A program made the position numbers and the translations under genes. This document shows positions 9,817 to 19,437 of a stretch of DNA of 64,000 bases, piece after piece (the stretch's first letter is position 1; each line of letters begins with the position of its first letter). The stretch covers positions 25,030 through 89,029 of the forward strand of contig CBDHEC010000010.1 of the NCBI GenBank assembly GCA_965261975.1. The letters run 5' to 3'. Origin of the DNA: Alphaproteobacteria bacterium (GTDB lineage Bacteria > Pseudomonadota > Alphaproteobacteria > UBA6615). The notes below the pieces were generated by a model. That model searched no databases. It was not told the DNA's origin and saw only the letters and a list, made by a program, of their open reading frames with translations.

Positions 9817-11124
9817 ATGTCCACCAGCGAAACCCCACCACCGCGCAGCGAACTTGCCGGCGCACGCGCGTTTCGGCACCGCGATTTCCGATACTTCTGG
9901 GCCACCCGCGTTGCGGGCATCCTGGCGACGGAAATGCTAGTGACCACCGTGGGCTGGCAGGTCTATCGCCTGACATCGAGCGAGCTCAATCTCGGCCTGA
10001 TCGGGTTCGCCCAATTCGCGCCCTTCGCGCTTCTGTTCCTGGTTTCCGGCGTGGCCGCCGACCGCCTGCCACGCATGCGCATCATCTTCGGTTGCGTGGC
10101 CCTGCAGACGGTGTGTGCAGCTGCCCTGCTGTGGGGGACATGGTCCGGGGCCATCGACTTTCGAATAATTCTCGCGATTCTGGTGCTGTTCGGCGTGGCG
10201 CGCGCTTTCCAGGCGCCGGCACAGATGGCGATCGTGCCGAACCTGGTGCCCAAGGACGACCTCGCCAACGCCATCGCCTGGTCGGCCACCGGCTTCCAGA
10301 TGGCGCGTATTATCGGCCCGACGATTTCGGGTCTGCTCATCGCCTTTGGGGCCGCGCGCGGTCAGGACGAGTTCTTCGTCTATGTGCTTTCGGTTTCGGT
10401 GTTCGTGCTGGCGACCATCCTCGCGGGCATGGTCCGCAAGCCGGTGCAGATCGTCAGCTCCGCGCCCATCACCATCGCCAACATCCTCGGCGGGTTCAAA
10501 TTCATCGCCTCGCGGCAGGTGATCTTCGGGGCCATCGGCCTCGACCTGTTCGCGGTGCTGTTCGGTGGCGCCATCGCCCTGTTGCCGGTCTATGCCAAGG
10601 ATATCCTCGATGTGGGGGCCGACGGGTTCGGGCTGCTCCGTTCGGCCTTCACGCTGGGATCGTTCATCGGCGCGCTGTACATGACCCAGCACCCGGTGAC
10701 CCGACGCGCCGGCGTGAAGCTATTGTCGGCCGTGGGCGTGTTCGGGCTCGGCGTCATCGTGTTCGGCGTGTCGGAGATCTTCTGGCTCTCGGCCGTGGCG
10801 CTGATCGTGATGGGCCTCGCGGATTCCGTCAGCGTGTTCGTGCGCCAGAACCTGGTGCAGATCATCACACCCGACGAGATGCGCGGCCGGGTCAGCGCCG
10901 TGACGGCCGTCTTCATCGGCGCATCGAACGAGTTGGGCGAATTTGAATCCGGCGTGACGGCCCACTGGTGGGGCACGGTACCCGCCGTCGTCGTCGGCGG
11001 CGCGGCGACGGTCACGGTCGCGGTCAGCTTCGCCTGGCTATTCCCCAAGCTACGCCAGGTGGATTCACTGGAGCCCGACGAGCTGATCCGGAAGTATCGC
11101 GACGCGCCACCGCGGCGGGGCTAA
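9817..11124 (+). CDS. MFS transporter (DHA3/EntS-like)
   Basis: About 12 TM segments, GVAADRLPR, LDLFAVLFGGA, RGRVSAV. Confidence 0.92.
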   Translation: MSTSETPPPRSELAGARAFRHRDFRYFWATRVAGILATEMLVTTVGWQVYRLTSSELNLGLIGFAQFAPFALLFLVSGVAADRLPRMRIIFGCVALQTVCAAALLWGTWSGAIDFRIILAILVLFGVARAFQAPAQMAIVPNLVPKDDLANAIAWSATGFQMARIIGPTISGLLIAFGAARGQDEFFVYVLSVSVFVLATILAGMVRKPVQIVSSAPITIANILGGFKFIASRQVIFGAIGLDLFAVLFGGAIALLPVYAKDILDVGADGFGLLRSAFTLGSFIGALYMTQHPVTRRAGVKLLSAVGVFGLGVIVFGVSEIFWLSAVALIVMGLADSVSVFVRQNLVQIITPDEMRGRVSAVTAVFIGASNELGEFESGVTAHWWGTVPAVVVGGAATVTVAVSFAWLFPKLRQVDSLEPDELIRKYRDAPPRRG

Positions 11125-11133
11125 CCGAGCGGG

Positions 11134-11559
11134 CTAATCGATCACCGCGATCGCGTTGACCTCGAGGATGCAGCGCGGGTCGGTTGCGAGGCGCACGATC
11201 TGAACGGTCGTCGTCGCCGGCTTGGCATCCACGAAATACTCGGCCCAGACCTTGTTGAGGATATCCTGGTCCTCCATGTCGGTCAGGAAACGGTCGGCGG
11301 TGACGATGTCGTCGAAGGTCGCGCCCACGGCATCGAGGCCCTTCTTCAGGTTTTCCAGCACCGCGCGGGCCTGCCCGTCCATGTCGTCGGGCATGTCGGC
11401 GAACTCTTCCGGCACATGGGGATGGCTGTGATAGACGGGCGCTGCCGTGACTCCGGCCAGATAAACCGTGGTGCCGCCGGTCACCTTGATCGCCGGCGCA
11501 TAGGGCATCCAGATGTCGGGGGCGTCGGGCCAGTGACAATGTTCGATTTTCTTCGCCAT
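11134..11559 (-). CDS. RidA/YjgF family protein
   Basis: YAPAIKV, VYLAG, ILEVNAIAV; start MAKK after GGAGG. Confidence 0.85.
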   Translation of the reverse strand: MAKKIEHCHWPDAPDIWMPYAPAIKVTGGTTVYLAGVTAAPVYHSHPHVPEEFADMPDDMDGQARAVLENLKKGLDAVGATFDDIVTADRFLTDMEDQDILNKVWAEYFVDAKPATTTVQIVRLATDPRCILEVNAIAVID

Positions 11560-11696
11560 GCTTTCCTCCCAGAATGTGAGACCGCCTGCGCGCATCTGTT
11601 TTGCGGATCGCGAACCGATCTTTAGGCTGCCATGTTACGCAACTGACCACCGGTGTGGATAGCCGTTTCAACCTGACGTCATTTTGGACCCCGCCG

Positions 11697-13214
11697 ATGC
11701 TTCCCATCGACACACTCTACCGCGGCCGCCAGATCAACCCCGACGGGATCGCGCTCGAGGACGACACGACCCAGCTGACCTACCGCGAGCTGGTCGCGCG
11801 GGTCGAGGCGCTCGCCGCCGCGTTGCAGGAACGCCTGCCGACGCCACAGGCCAAGGTCGGCGCGTGCGGGTTCAACAACCTGCAGCATGTGATCGCAATC
11901 CTCGCGACCCACCTGGCGGGTCATATCTGGGTGGCCGTGAACCCGCGCTCGGGCAAGACGGAGAACACCGCCCTCATGGATCTCGTCGAGCCGGACCTGA
12001 TGATCGCCGACGACGCCGCACGCGACGCGTTCGACATTGGAGATACGCCATTCGTCGTCGCCGAGCCGGACGGCCGGTCGCATGCCAACGACACCGTCGA
12101 CGGGTTGATCGATGCGTATCGCGGCAAGCAGCCCGAACGCCATCTGCTCGACCCGAATACTGATCTGCAGGCAATCAAGTTCACCGGCGGCTCCACCGGC
12201 CTGCCCAAGGCGGTGATGCAACCCTACCGGACCGGCACCACCCTGATCGGCACCGTCCTGTCGGTGTTCGGCCTGAACGCCGACGATATCCAGGTGGCTG
12301 CGGCGCCGGTCAGCCACGCCGCATTCATCCTGATGCTGCCGATCTTCGCCACGGGCGGGCGCAACATCGTCCTGCCGGCGCCGGACCCGGATCGCATCCT
12401 GCATTCCTTTGAACAGCGCGGGGTAAGCACCATCTTCATGCCCCCGACCATGATCTACAAGACGATGGCCGACCCGGATATCGGGAAGCGGACATTTCCC
12501 AAGTTGCGCCACCTGATCTACGGCGCCGCCCCCATGCCGCCGGAAAAGGTGCGTGAGGCCCAGCAGGTTTTCCCCCACGCGCTCGAGACCCTGTACGGCC
12601 AGACCGAGGCCTCCTCGGTCTGCACCACCATGTCGGCCGCCGAGCTGGAGCAGGACGCCAACAACGGCTCGGTCGGCCGCGCCACGCCCCTGATGCGGGT
12701 CGAGATCATGGACCCCGATGGCAACATCCTGCCGCCCGGCGAAACCGGCGAGGTGGTCGTGCGCGGCGGCCTGACCATGACCGGCTACTACAAGAACCCC
12801 GAGGCGACCGAAAATGCCTTCCGCGACGGCTGGTTGCTGACCGGCGACGGCGGCCTGATCGACGAGCGTGGCTACCTGTTCCTGAAGGACCGGCTGCGCG
12901 ACGTCATCATCTCGGGCGGGTTCAACGTCTATCCAACGGATGTCGAGGGTGCGCTGGTCAAACACCCCGATGTCTATGAATGCGTCGTGTTTGGTACGGC
13001 GGACGACCATTGGGGCGAACGGGTGGAAGCGGCCGTTCAACTGCGCGACGGCGCGACGGCCAGCGCCGACGACATCATCACCCACGCCAAGGACCAGCTT
13101 GGCTCCGTGAAGGCGCCCAAGGCGGTGCATCTGGTCGAGGACCTGCCGCGCAGCGCCGTGGGCAAGGTGCTCCGCCGCGAAGTACGCGAACGTTTTTCAC
13201 CGCCGCCCAACTAA
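11697..13214 (+). CDS. Acyl-CoA synthetase / AMP-binding ligase
   Basis: FTGGSTGLPKAV P-loop, YGQTE, TGD, SGGFNVYP, PRSAVGKV. Confidence 0.92.
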   Translation: MLPIDTLYRGRQINPDGIALEDDTTQLTYRELVARVEALAAALQERLPTPQAKVGACGFNNLQHVIAILATHLAGHIWVAVNPRSGKTENTALMDLVEPDLMIADDAARDAFDIGDTPFVVAEPDGRSHANDTVDGLIDAYRGKQPERHLLDPNTDLQAIKFTGGSTGLPKAVMQPYRTGTTLIGTVLSVFGLNADDIQVAAAPVSHAAFILMLPIFATGGRNIVLPAPDPDRILHSFEQRGVSTIFMPPTMIYKTMADPDIGKRTFPKLRHLIYGAAPMPPEKVREAQQVFPHALETLYGQTEASSVCTTMSAAELEQDANNGSVGRATPLMRVEIMDPDGNILPPGETGEVVVRGGLTMTGYYKNPEATENAFRDGWLLTGDGGLIDERGYLFLKDRLRDVIISGGFNVYPTDVEGALVKHPDVYECVVFGTADDHWGERVEAAVQLRDGATASADDIITHAKDQLGSVKAPKAVHLVEDLPRSAVGKVLRREVRERFSPPPN

Positions 13215-13256
13215 ACGGGATTGGCGTCCGGCCACACTCATCGTAGAAAAGCAGCC

Positions 13257-14435
13257 ATGCAAATCACCGATATCCGCGAAACCGCGATCCCCCTTAACTC
13301 GAACCTGCGCAACGCGGTGTTCGATTTCAGCCAGATGACAACCTCCATCGTCGCCGTAATCACCGACGTCATCCGCGATGGAAAACCCGTGGTCGGCTAT
13401 GCCTTCAACTCCACCGGTCGCTATGCCTGCGGGGCGCAGATGCGGTCCCGCTTCATCCCGCGGATCATGGACTCGGACCCGGACAGCCTGATCGACGAGG
13501 CGCGCAACAATCTCGACCCCGAGGCCATCCTGGCCGCGATGATGCAGGGCGAGAAACCCGGCGGACATTCCGACCGATCCGTGGGCATCGGTACGATCGA
13601 AGTCGCCGTGTGGGACGCAATCGCGAAGATCGAGGAGAAACCTGCCTATCAATCCATCGCCGACCGCTACAATCCCGGCGGCGCGAAACCCGACATGTTC
13701 GTCTATGTGGGCGGCGGCTGGTACGCACCGGGCAAGGGCATTCCCGAGCTGCTGGACGAGATGCGCGGCTATCTCGACATGGGCTACACCCAGCTCAAGA
13801 TGAAGGTGGGCGGCGCGTCCGTCGCCGAAGACATCGAGCGGCTCGAAGCCGTGCTGAATCTGGTCGGTAATGACGGCTGGAACCTGGCCGTGGACGCCAA
13901 TTGCGGCCTGACGGACGATGAAGCCCGCGCCTACGCAAAAGCATTATCGCCCTACAAACTGCGCTGGTACGAAGAGCCGACCGACCCGCTCGACTTCGCG
14001 CTCATGGCCGAACTCGCGGATATTTATGAGCCGCCGCTGGCCACCGGTGAGAACCTGTTTTCGCAACAGGACATGCAGAATCTCGTGACCTTCGGCGGCA
14101 TGCGCCAGAATCACGACGTCCTGCAGATCGACCCGCCGCAAAGCTACGGCGTGGTCGCCGTCGCGCGCACGGTCAACATGCTGAACGCCCGGGGCTGGGC
14201 GGCCGGGAACTCGGTCATGCCCCATGGCGGCAACCAGATGTCGCTGCACATCGCCGCCGGCTTGGGCATGCTGCTGTGCGAATCCTACCCCAACACCTTC
14301 GGAATGTTCTCCGGCTTCGCGGATGATGCGGAAATTATCGACGGCTACCTCAAGCTCGACCCGGACCGGCCAGGGATCGGCTTCGAGGCCCAGGCCGACC
14401 TCTATAAGGTGATGTCGGAACTTTCCGCAGGCTAG
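13257..14435 (+). CDS. Mandelate racemase family enolase, D-tartrate dehydratase (TarD)-like
   Basis: N-terminus RNAVFDFSQMTTSIVAVITDVIRDGKPVVGYAFNSTGRY is TarD-like; KMKVGG, DAN, EEP, GEN, PHGG. Confidence 0.85.
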   Translation: MQITDIRETAIPLNSNLRNAVFDFSQMTTSIVAVITDVIRDGKPVVGYAFNSTGRYACGAQMRSRFIPRIMDSDPDSLIDEARNNLDPEAILAAMMQGEKPGGHSDRSVGIGTIEVAVWDAIAKIEEKPAYQSIADRYNPGGAKPDMFVYVGGGWYAPGKGIPELLDEMRGYLDMGYTQLKMKVGGASVAEDIERLEAVLNLVGNDGWNLAVDANCGLTDDEARAYAKALSPYKLRWYEEPTDPLDFALMAELADIYEPPLATGENLFSQQDMQNLVTFGGMRQNHDVLQIDPPQSYGVVAVARTVNMLNARGWAAGNSVMPHGGNQMSLHIAAGLGMLLCESYPNTFGMFSGFADDAEIIDGYLKLDPDRPGIGFEAQADLYKVMSELSAG

Positions 14436-14492
14436 TTCCATAACAACCACGGGGCGCCAGACCCCGATGCAAATTCCAGGGAGTGCTAAGCC

Positions 14493-15671
14493 ATGATGTT
14501 CGAATATTTCCCCGACAATTATCCATGGTCGATGGCCGCCGTTATGGCCATCAACGCCGGCGCCGTGCTGTCGGAAGTCGATGAGGCCCTGAAACCGCTC
14601 AAGCCCATGGCGGCGGCAAACGACGATGCCGCCAATGATGCCTGGCACAAACAGTGGATGATGCTCGGTGAACGCAGCGAACGCCTCGCCGACGAGGACG
14701 ACGCGGCCGGGCGCCGGATCAGCGCCAGCGCCAAGTATCTGCGCGCGGCGGTGTATTTCATGACCGCCGAGCGCATGTGCAAATCCGAAGCACCGATCCG
14801 GATCGAGACCTACAAACACATGCTCGACGTCTTCCGCAAAGGCGTGGAGCGCCAGGACGGGCCGGCCGAGTGGGTCGAGGTGCCCTATTCGCACAATGGC
14901 GAGGACACGACGCTACCCGCACTGTTCTATCCCGCCGACGCGGACGCCGTGACCGGTGACGGCCCGCCGCCCTGCATCATTCATTTCGACGGCCTGGATG
15001 TGATGAAGGAGTTTCTCTACCTGGCCGGGGTCGCACGCGCCTATGCCGCGCGCGGCATCTCGACCCTGCTGATCGACCATCCCGGCGTCGGCGAGGCGTT
15101 GCGCCTGCGCGGCCTGAAGCTGTTTCCCGAAACCGAGGTGCCGGCCGGTGCCGCCATGGATTATCTCGAAACGCGCGGCGACGTGGACTCGGACCGGGTC
15201 GGCATGGCCGGCATCAGCCTGGGCGGTTACTACGTGCCGCGCGCGGCGGGTTTCGAGCATCGCCTGAAATGCGCGATCGCCTGGGGGGCGATTAACGACT
15301 ACGGCAAGATCACCCGCGGCCGCCTGGACGGAACCGGCACCAAATTGTCTGTTTCGCACTGGGAAGAGCACATGAACTGGGTGTTCGGCACCAACTCGGC
15401 CGAAGAGATTCTCGAAGTCGTGGATCGTATGAACCTCGCCGAAGCCGTCCCCAACATCGAGTGCCCGCTGCTGGTGGTGCATGGCGAAGGAGACCGGCAG
15501 ATTCCGCTGGAAATGGCGCAAAAGACCATCCGCGAGGCCGTCAAAAGCCCACGGGCAGAGCTCAAGGTGTTCACCCCGGACGACGGCGGCATCGAGCATT
15601 GCCAGGTCGATCACGGTGCGCTGGCCGTTGAATATATGGCCGATTGGGCGGCCGACGTGCTGGGCTCGTGA
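14493..15671 (+). CDS. Alpha/beta hydrolase, 2,6-dihydroxypseudooxynicotine hydrolase-like
   Basis: DGLDVMKE, GISLGG nucleophile elbow, HGEGD, EHCQ. Confidence 0.85.
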   Translation: MMFEYFPDNYPWSMAAVMAINAGAVLSEVDEALKPLKPMAAANDDAANDAWHKQWMMLGERSERLADEDDAAGRRISASAKYLRAAVYFMTAERMCKSEAPIRIETYKHMLDVFRKGVERQDGPAEWVEVPYSHNGEDTTLPALFYPADADAVTGDGPPPCIIHFDGLDVMKEFLYLAGVARAYAARGISTLLIDHPGVGEALRLRGLKLFPETEVPAGAAMDYLETRGDVDSDRVGMAGISLGGYYVPRAAGFEHRLKCAIAWGAINDYGKITRGRLDGTGTKLSVSHWEEHMNWVFGTNSAEEILEVVDRMNLAEAVPNIECPLLVVHGEGDRQIPLEMAQKTIREAVKSPRAELKVFTPDDGGIEHCQVDHGALAVEYMADWAADVLGS

Positions 15672-15690
15672 AGGCGATGATTCAGAGCAA

Positions 15691-15719
15691 TTGACTCAAT
15701 CAAACGCTTGATTGAATAT
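15691..15719 (+). promoter_or_regulatory. Sigma70-like promoter with a perfect inverted-repeat operator (probable TetR autoregulatory site)
   Basis: TTGACT (15691) -17 bp- GAATAT; TCAATCAA-ACGC-TTGATTGA at 15696-15715. Confidence 0.7.
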
Positions 15720-15759
15720 TCTTCCCGATCGTCCGGTCAACGGACGGCAGGGAGGAACA

Positions 15760-16464
15760 GTGACGGCACTTCCAATCGAAGATGCTGGTATTGCCCCGGG
15801 GCCAAGGGGCGAAGCCACGCGCCAACGGATACTCGACGCAGCCGAACGGTTGTTCTCCGAGCACGGTATCAATGGTGTGTCCCTGCGCACGATCACGGCA
15901 GAGGCCGGCGCCAACTCAGCCGCCGCCAATTATCATTTTGGATCCAAGAAAGGCCTGCTCGACGCGGTGTTCGAGCGACATGCGACCGGCATGGCCGAGG
16001 AACGCGCGAAGCTGCTTGCGGATTGTCGCGATGCGCCGGGCCGCCCGCCGCTCATGGAGCAGATCATATCGGCGTTTCTCGAGCCGGGCATGCGCGGCGA
16101 ACATGGTGGCGCGACCTTCGCGCGCCTGCGCGGACGCATGTTGGCGGAGAGCAGCGATCAGACCCGTGAGCTCTATGCGCTTCATTTGAATGATTCGACC
16201 GGGCGGTTCCTGGATGCGATCGGCGCGGCGCTGCCTGCTTTGCCGGCGCATGACCTGCACTGGCGCTTCCACATGATGCTCGGCGCTATGGTCTACACCC
16301 TTGCAAATCCCGGCCGCATTCAAATTCTGACCGAGGGTGCGTGTGACCCCTCGGACCCCGATCAAGCATTGGACTATCTGGTCCCGATGCTCGCCCAAAT
16401 ATTCTCCGGCCCACCAATCGCAGATGCGGTGAATCCGGTGGAAATGCTGCGAACTGTCAACTAG
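15760..16464 (+). CDS. TetR/AcrR family regulator (PsrA-like)
   Basis: TRQRILDAAERLFSEHG...NYHFGSK HTH; LHWRFHMMLGA; GTG start after GGAGG. Confidence 0.92.
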   Translation: MTALPIEDAGIAPGPRGEATRQRILDAAERLFSEHGINGVSLRTITAEAGANSAAANYHFGSKKGLLDAVFERHATGMAEERAKLLADCRDAPGRPPLMEQIISAFLEPGMRGEHGGATFARLRGRMLAESSDQTRELYALHLNDSTGRFLDAIGAALPALPAHDLHWRFHMMLGAMVYTLANPGRIQILTEGACDPSDPDQALDYLVPMLAQIFSGPPIADAVNPVEMLRTVN

Positions 16465-16496
16465 CCCAAACGATACGTCAGAAGGAAAACACGACG

Positions 16497-17480
16497 ATGG
16501 CAAACCCGAACAGCGATATGCGCGTCACCCACGATCTGCTCGAGGAATACGCACAGAAGTACAAGAACTGGGGAAAATGGGGAGATGATGACGAAATCGG
16601 AACGCTGAATCATACTTCCGAAGCAGACGTCGTCGGCGCCGCCCAACTCGTCAAGAAGGGCAAGGTCATGTCCATGGGCCTTAACTACGATCAGTACGGC
16701 CCACAGGGTGCCAAAACACCCTACCCCCAGATGGGCCGGTTCAACCCGATACACATGATGTTGCGCACGGGCACTGACGCCTATTCCGGCGTGCTCGATC
16801 ATCGCGGCATTCGCGGCGCGGACGACATGGTGATGATGCCGCTCCAGTGCGGCACCCAGTGGGACGGCCTCGGCCATGTCTTCTACAAGGACTTCATGTG
16901 GAACGGCTATGACTGCCGCGAGGTCACGACGGCGGGTGCCCAGAAAGCCGGCATCGAGAAAACCAAGTCCCGAATGACCGGCCGCGGCGTATTCCTCGAC
17001 ATGGCACGGGTCAAGGGCGTCGAATGCCTGGAGGACGGCTACCCGATCACTTGCGACGACCTGGACGAAGCCTGCGAAAAGCAAGGCGTCGAGGTGCGCG
17101 AAGGCGACTTCGTGGTTCTGCGTACGGGAATGATGGAACGTTGCCTGGACGAGGGCAGCTGGGACGGATACTGCGGTGGCGATGCGCCAGGCCTCGCGTT
17201 CGAGACCATCGACTGGATCTCGAAGAAAGGAATCGCCGCCTACGCGTCGGACACGTGGGGCAACGAAGTACGCCCGTGTGAAACCGACGAGAACATCAAT
17301 CAGCCCTGGCACTGGATCGTCATTCCGATCATGGGCCTAACCATGGGCGAGATTTTCTATCTCAAGGACATCGCCGACGACTGCGAAGAGGACAAGGTCT
17401 ACGAGTTCATGTTTGTTGCCCCCGCCCTGCCGATTACCGGTGCGGTGGGTTCGCCGGTCAATCCGCTGGCAATTAAATAA
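16497..17480 (+). CDS. Cyclase family (kynurenine formamidase-like) metal-dependent hydrolase
   Basis: NWGKWGDDDEIGTLN, GTQWDGLGH, VLRTG, GAVGSPVNPLAIK. Confidence 0.9.
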   Translation: MANPNSDMRVTHDLLEEYAQKYKNWGKWGDDDEIGTLNHTSEADVVGAAQLVKKGKVMSMGLNYDQYGPQGAKTPYPQMGRFNPIHMMLRTGTDAYSGVLDHRGIRGADDMVMMPLQCGTQWDGLGHVFYKDFMWNGYDCREVTTAGAQKAGIEKTKSRMTGRGVFLDMARVKGVECLEDGYPITCDDLDEACEKQGVEVREGDFVVLRTGMMERCLDEGSWDGYCGGDAPGLAFETIDWISKKGIAAYASDTWGNEVRPCETDENINQPWHWIVIPIMGLTMGEIFYLKDIADDCEEDKVYEFMFVAPALPITGAVGSPVNPLAIK

Positions 17481-17659
17481 CGGGACGCAAGAGTAAATTT
17501 ATCTGTCCCAAGTCCACCGTACCGGTAGGATGGTCTGCAACAACGGACCGGAAATGCAGGTCACGGATGTTTGTGAGGGTTGGCCTTGACCCGTTCCAGG
17601 GCCAACCGCAGAGTTAATCCAAGGACGGGGGAGCGCTCAACGTCTCTAGGGAGGATCAA

Positions 17660-18853
17660 ATGCGCAAAACACTTCTAGCAACCACCAGCCTGGCTATGGG
17701 CATGGTACTGGCCATCGGATCGGCTGCCGCCGGCCCGGTCGGCGACACCGTCGAAGAATCCAAGGAAAACGCGAAAGTCGTCCTCGACTGGCTCGAGGGC
17801 GAAGCACCGAGCTACGGCACAAACAACGTGTCCTATGATGGCCCGGTCATCGAGTTCCGCTCGACCAGCCACATTCCGGCCGTCGCGGGTCTGGCCAAGA
17901 TGCAGATCAAGGGTTTCAACAACCTTGAGAAGATGTCGGGCGGCAAGATCAAGGTCTCGACCACCTGGTCCCAGTCGGTCCACGGCGTTCGCGAAGGCCG
18001 CAAGGCGGTCCGTACCGGTCTGTCCGATCAGGCACCTTGCTTCTCGCTCTACACGGCACGCGACTACAAAGTGGTTGGCGGACTGGGACTGCCGTTCCTG
18101 TTCAACAACTCGCATGAAGCCGTCGCCACGGCGGAGGCTCTCTATCCGAAATATCTGAAGGATGAGTTCGAGCGCTTCAAGGTCAAGATCATGCGCGAGG
18201 CGCATACCGGACCGTACCATCTGTACAACAACAAGCCGGTTCGCACGCTTGCCGACGTTCAGGGCATGAAGGTTCGTGCCGGTGGTGGTACGCACGCACA
18301 GATCATCGGTGCGCTGGGTGCGACCCAGGTGTCCATGCCAGGTGCTTCGGCCTACACGGCCGTGCAGCGTGGCACGCTCGACGCGATCCACTTCAACGAC
18401 GCCGCGGCGCTGATCTTCAAGCTCCACGAAGTCTCGAAGTACCGCACGGAGAACGGCTTCAACGTGCTGACGATCGAATACTGCATGTCCGCCGATTGGT
18501 TCGACGATCTGCCGGCTGACCTGCAGGTTGTCGTCAACAACTGGGGCCGCCAGATGGCGATCGCCGAGGCCGTCGCCTTCTACGATTATGGCGGTCTGGT
18601 CAACACCAAGAAGATGGAAGGTATGGGCCTCGAGTCCATCGACATGGGCCAAGCCGAGCTCGACAAGTGGAAAGCCGCCGTCGCGGGTGTCGAGGCAGCC
18701 TGGGTTGCGGATGCCGAGAAGAAGGGCGTTCCGGCCAAGGCCATGATGGCTGACATTCGCACCAATGCCGCGAAGTTTGCTGGCATGTCCATGAACGAGA
18801 TCATGAATCAGGCGATTCACAATCCCGTCCAAGGCATGTACGACATGAAGTAA
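17660..18853 (+). CDS. dctP: TRAP transporter substrate-binding protein DctP
   Basis: Signal peptide, LGLPFLF, DVQGMKVR, YTAVQRGTLDA, LPADLQ. Confidence 0.9.
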   Translation: MRKTLLATTSLAMGMVLAIGSAAAGPVGDTVEESKENAKVVLDWLEGEAPSYGTNNVSYDGPVIEFRSTSHIPAVAGLAKMQIKGFNNLEKMSGGKIKVSTTWSQSVHGVREGRKAVRTGLSDQAPCFSLYTARDYKVVGGLGLPFLFNNSHEAVATAEALYPKYLKDEFERFKVKIMREAHTGPYHLYNNKPVRTLADVQGMKVRAGGGTHAQIIGALGATQVSMPGASAYTAVQRGTLDAIHFNDAAALIFKLHEVSKYRTENGFNVLTIEYCMSADWFDDLPADLQVVVNNWGRQMAIAEAVAFYDYGGLVNTKKMEGMGLESIDMGQAELDKWKAAVAGVEAAWVADAEKKGVPAKAMMADIRTNAAKFAGMSMNEIMNQAIHNPVQGMYDMK

Positions 18854-18863
18854 CGGAGGTTTC

Positions 18864-18891
18864 GTCCGGCCGGCGCCCGCGCCGGCCGGAC
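18864..18891 (+). other. Strong stem-loop after dctP (probably mRNA-stabilising or a partial terminator)
   Basis: GTCCGGCCGGCG-CCCG-CGCCGGCCGGAC, perfect 12-bp stem, no U-tail. Confidence 0.6.
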
Positions 18892-18912
18892 ACCTTCTGA
18901 AAGGCTCCTACG

Positions 18913-19434
18913 ATGGATAAAGTCGAAAAAGCGTTCCTGTTCATTTCCAGAAATCTCGACAAACTCGGCGGGCTCATTGTCCTGCCCGCGATTTCACTGA
19001 TCGTGATCATCGATGTGTTCAAACGCTATGCGCTGAACGATCCCTGGATCTGGAGCCTTGAGTTCAACGAGTGGATGCTGCTGCTGATTTTTGCGTTCGC
19101 CATTCCTGAGTGCACCCGCCAAAACGGCCATGTGCGCATGGAGCTGTTGATCTCCAATCTTCCCAAACGCAGCCAGGAGGCGATGGACGTCGTCTATATC
19201 CTGTGCGCGATTACCCTTTTCTATCTCCTGGGCCACCATGCCTGGGAAGAGTTCCTGTTCGACTATGAACTGGGGCGTATCACCGAATTCGTTCGCTTGC
19301 CCATCTGGGGCCACCATCTGGCGATCTTCGGCATGTGCGTCATCCTGATCATCTATTACGTGCTGAGGCTTGTCGCCACGATCTTCAATTTCGGAGAGTT
19401 TACGCGGACCGAATCCGTCGGGCTGGAGGAATAG
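18913..19434 (+). CDS. dctQ: TRAP transporter small permease DctQ
   Basis: 4 TM segments, DVFKRY, GHVRMELL. Confidence 0.9.
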   Translation: MDKVEKAFLFISRNLDKLGGLIVLPAISLIVIIDVFKRYALNDPWIWSLEFNEWMLLLIFAFAIPECTRQNGHVRMELLISNLPKRSQEAMDVVYILCAITLFYLLGHHAWEEFLFDYELGRITEFVRLPIWGHHLAIFGMCVILIIYYVLRLVATIFNFGEFTRTESVGLEE

Positions 19435-19437
19435 ACG

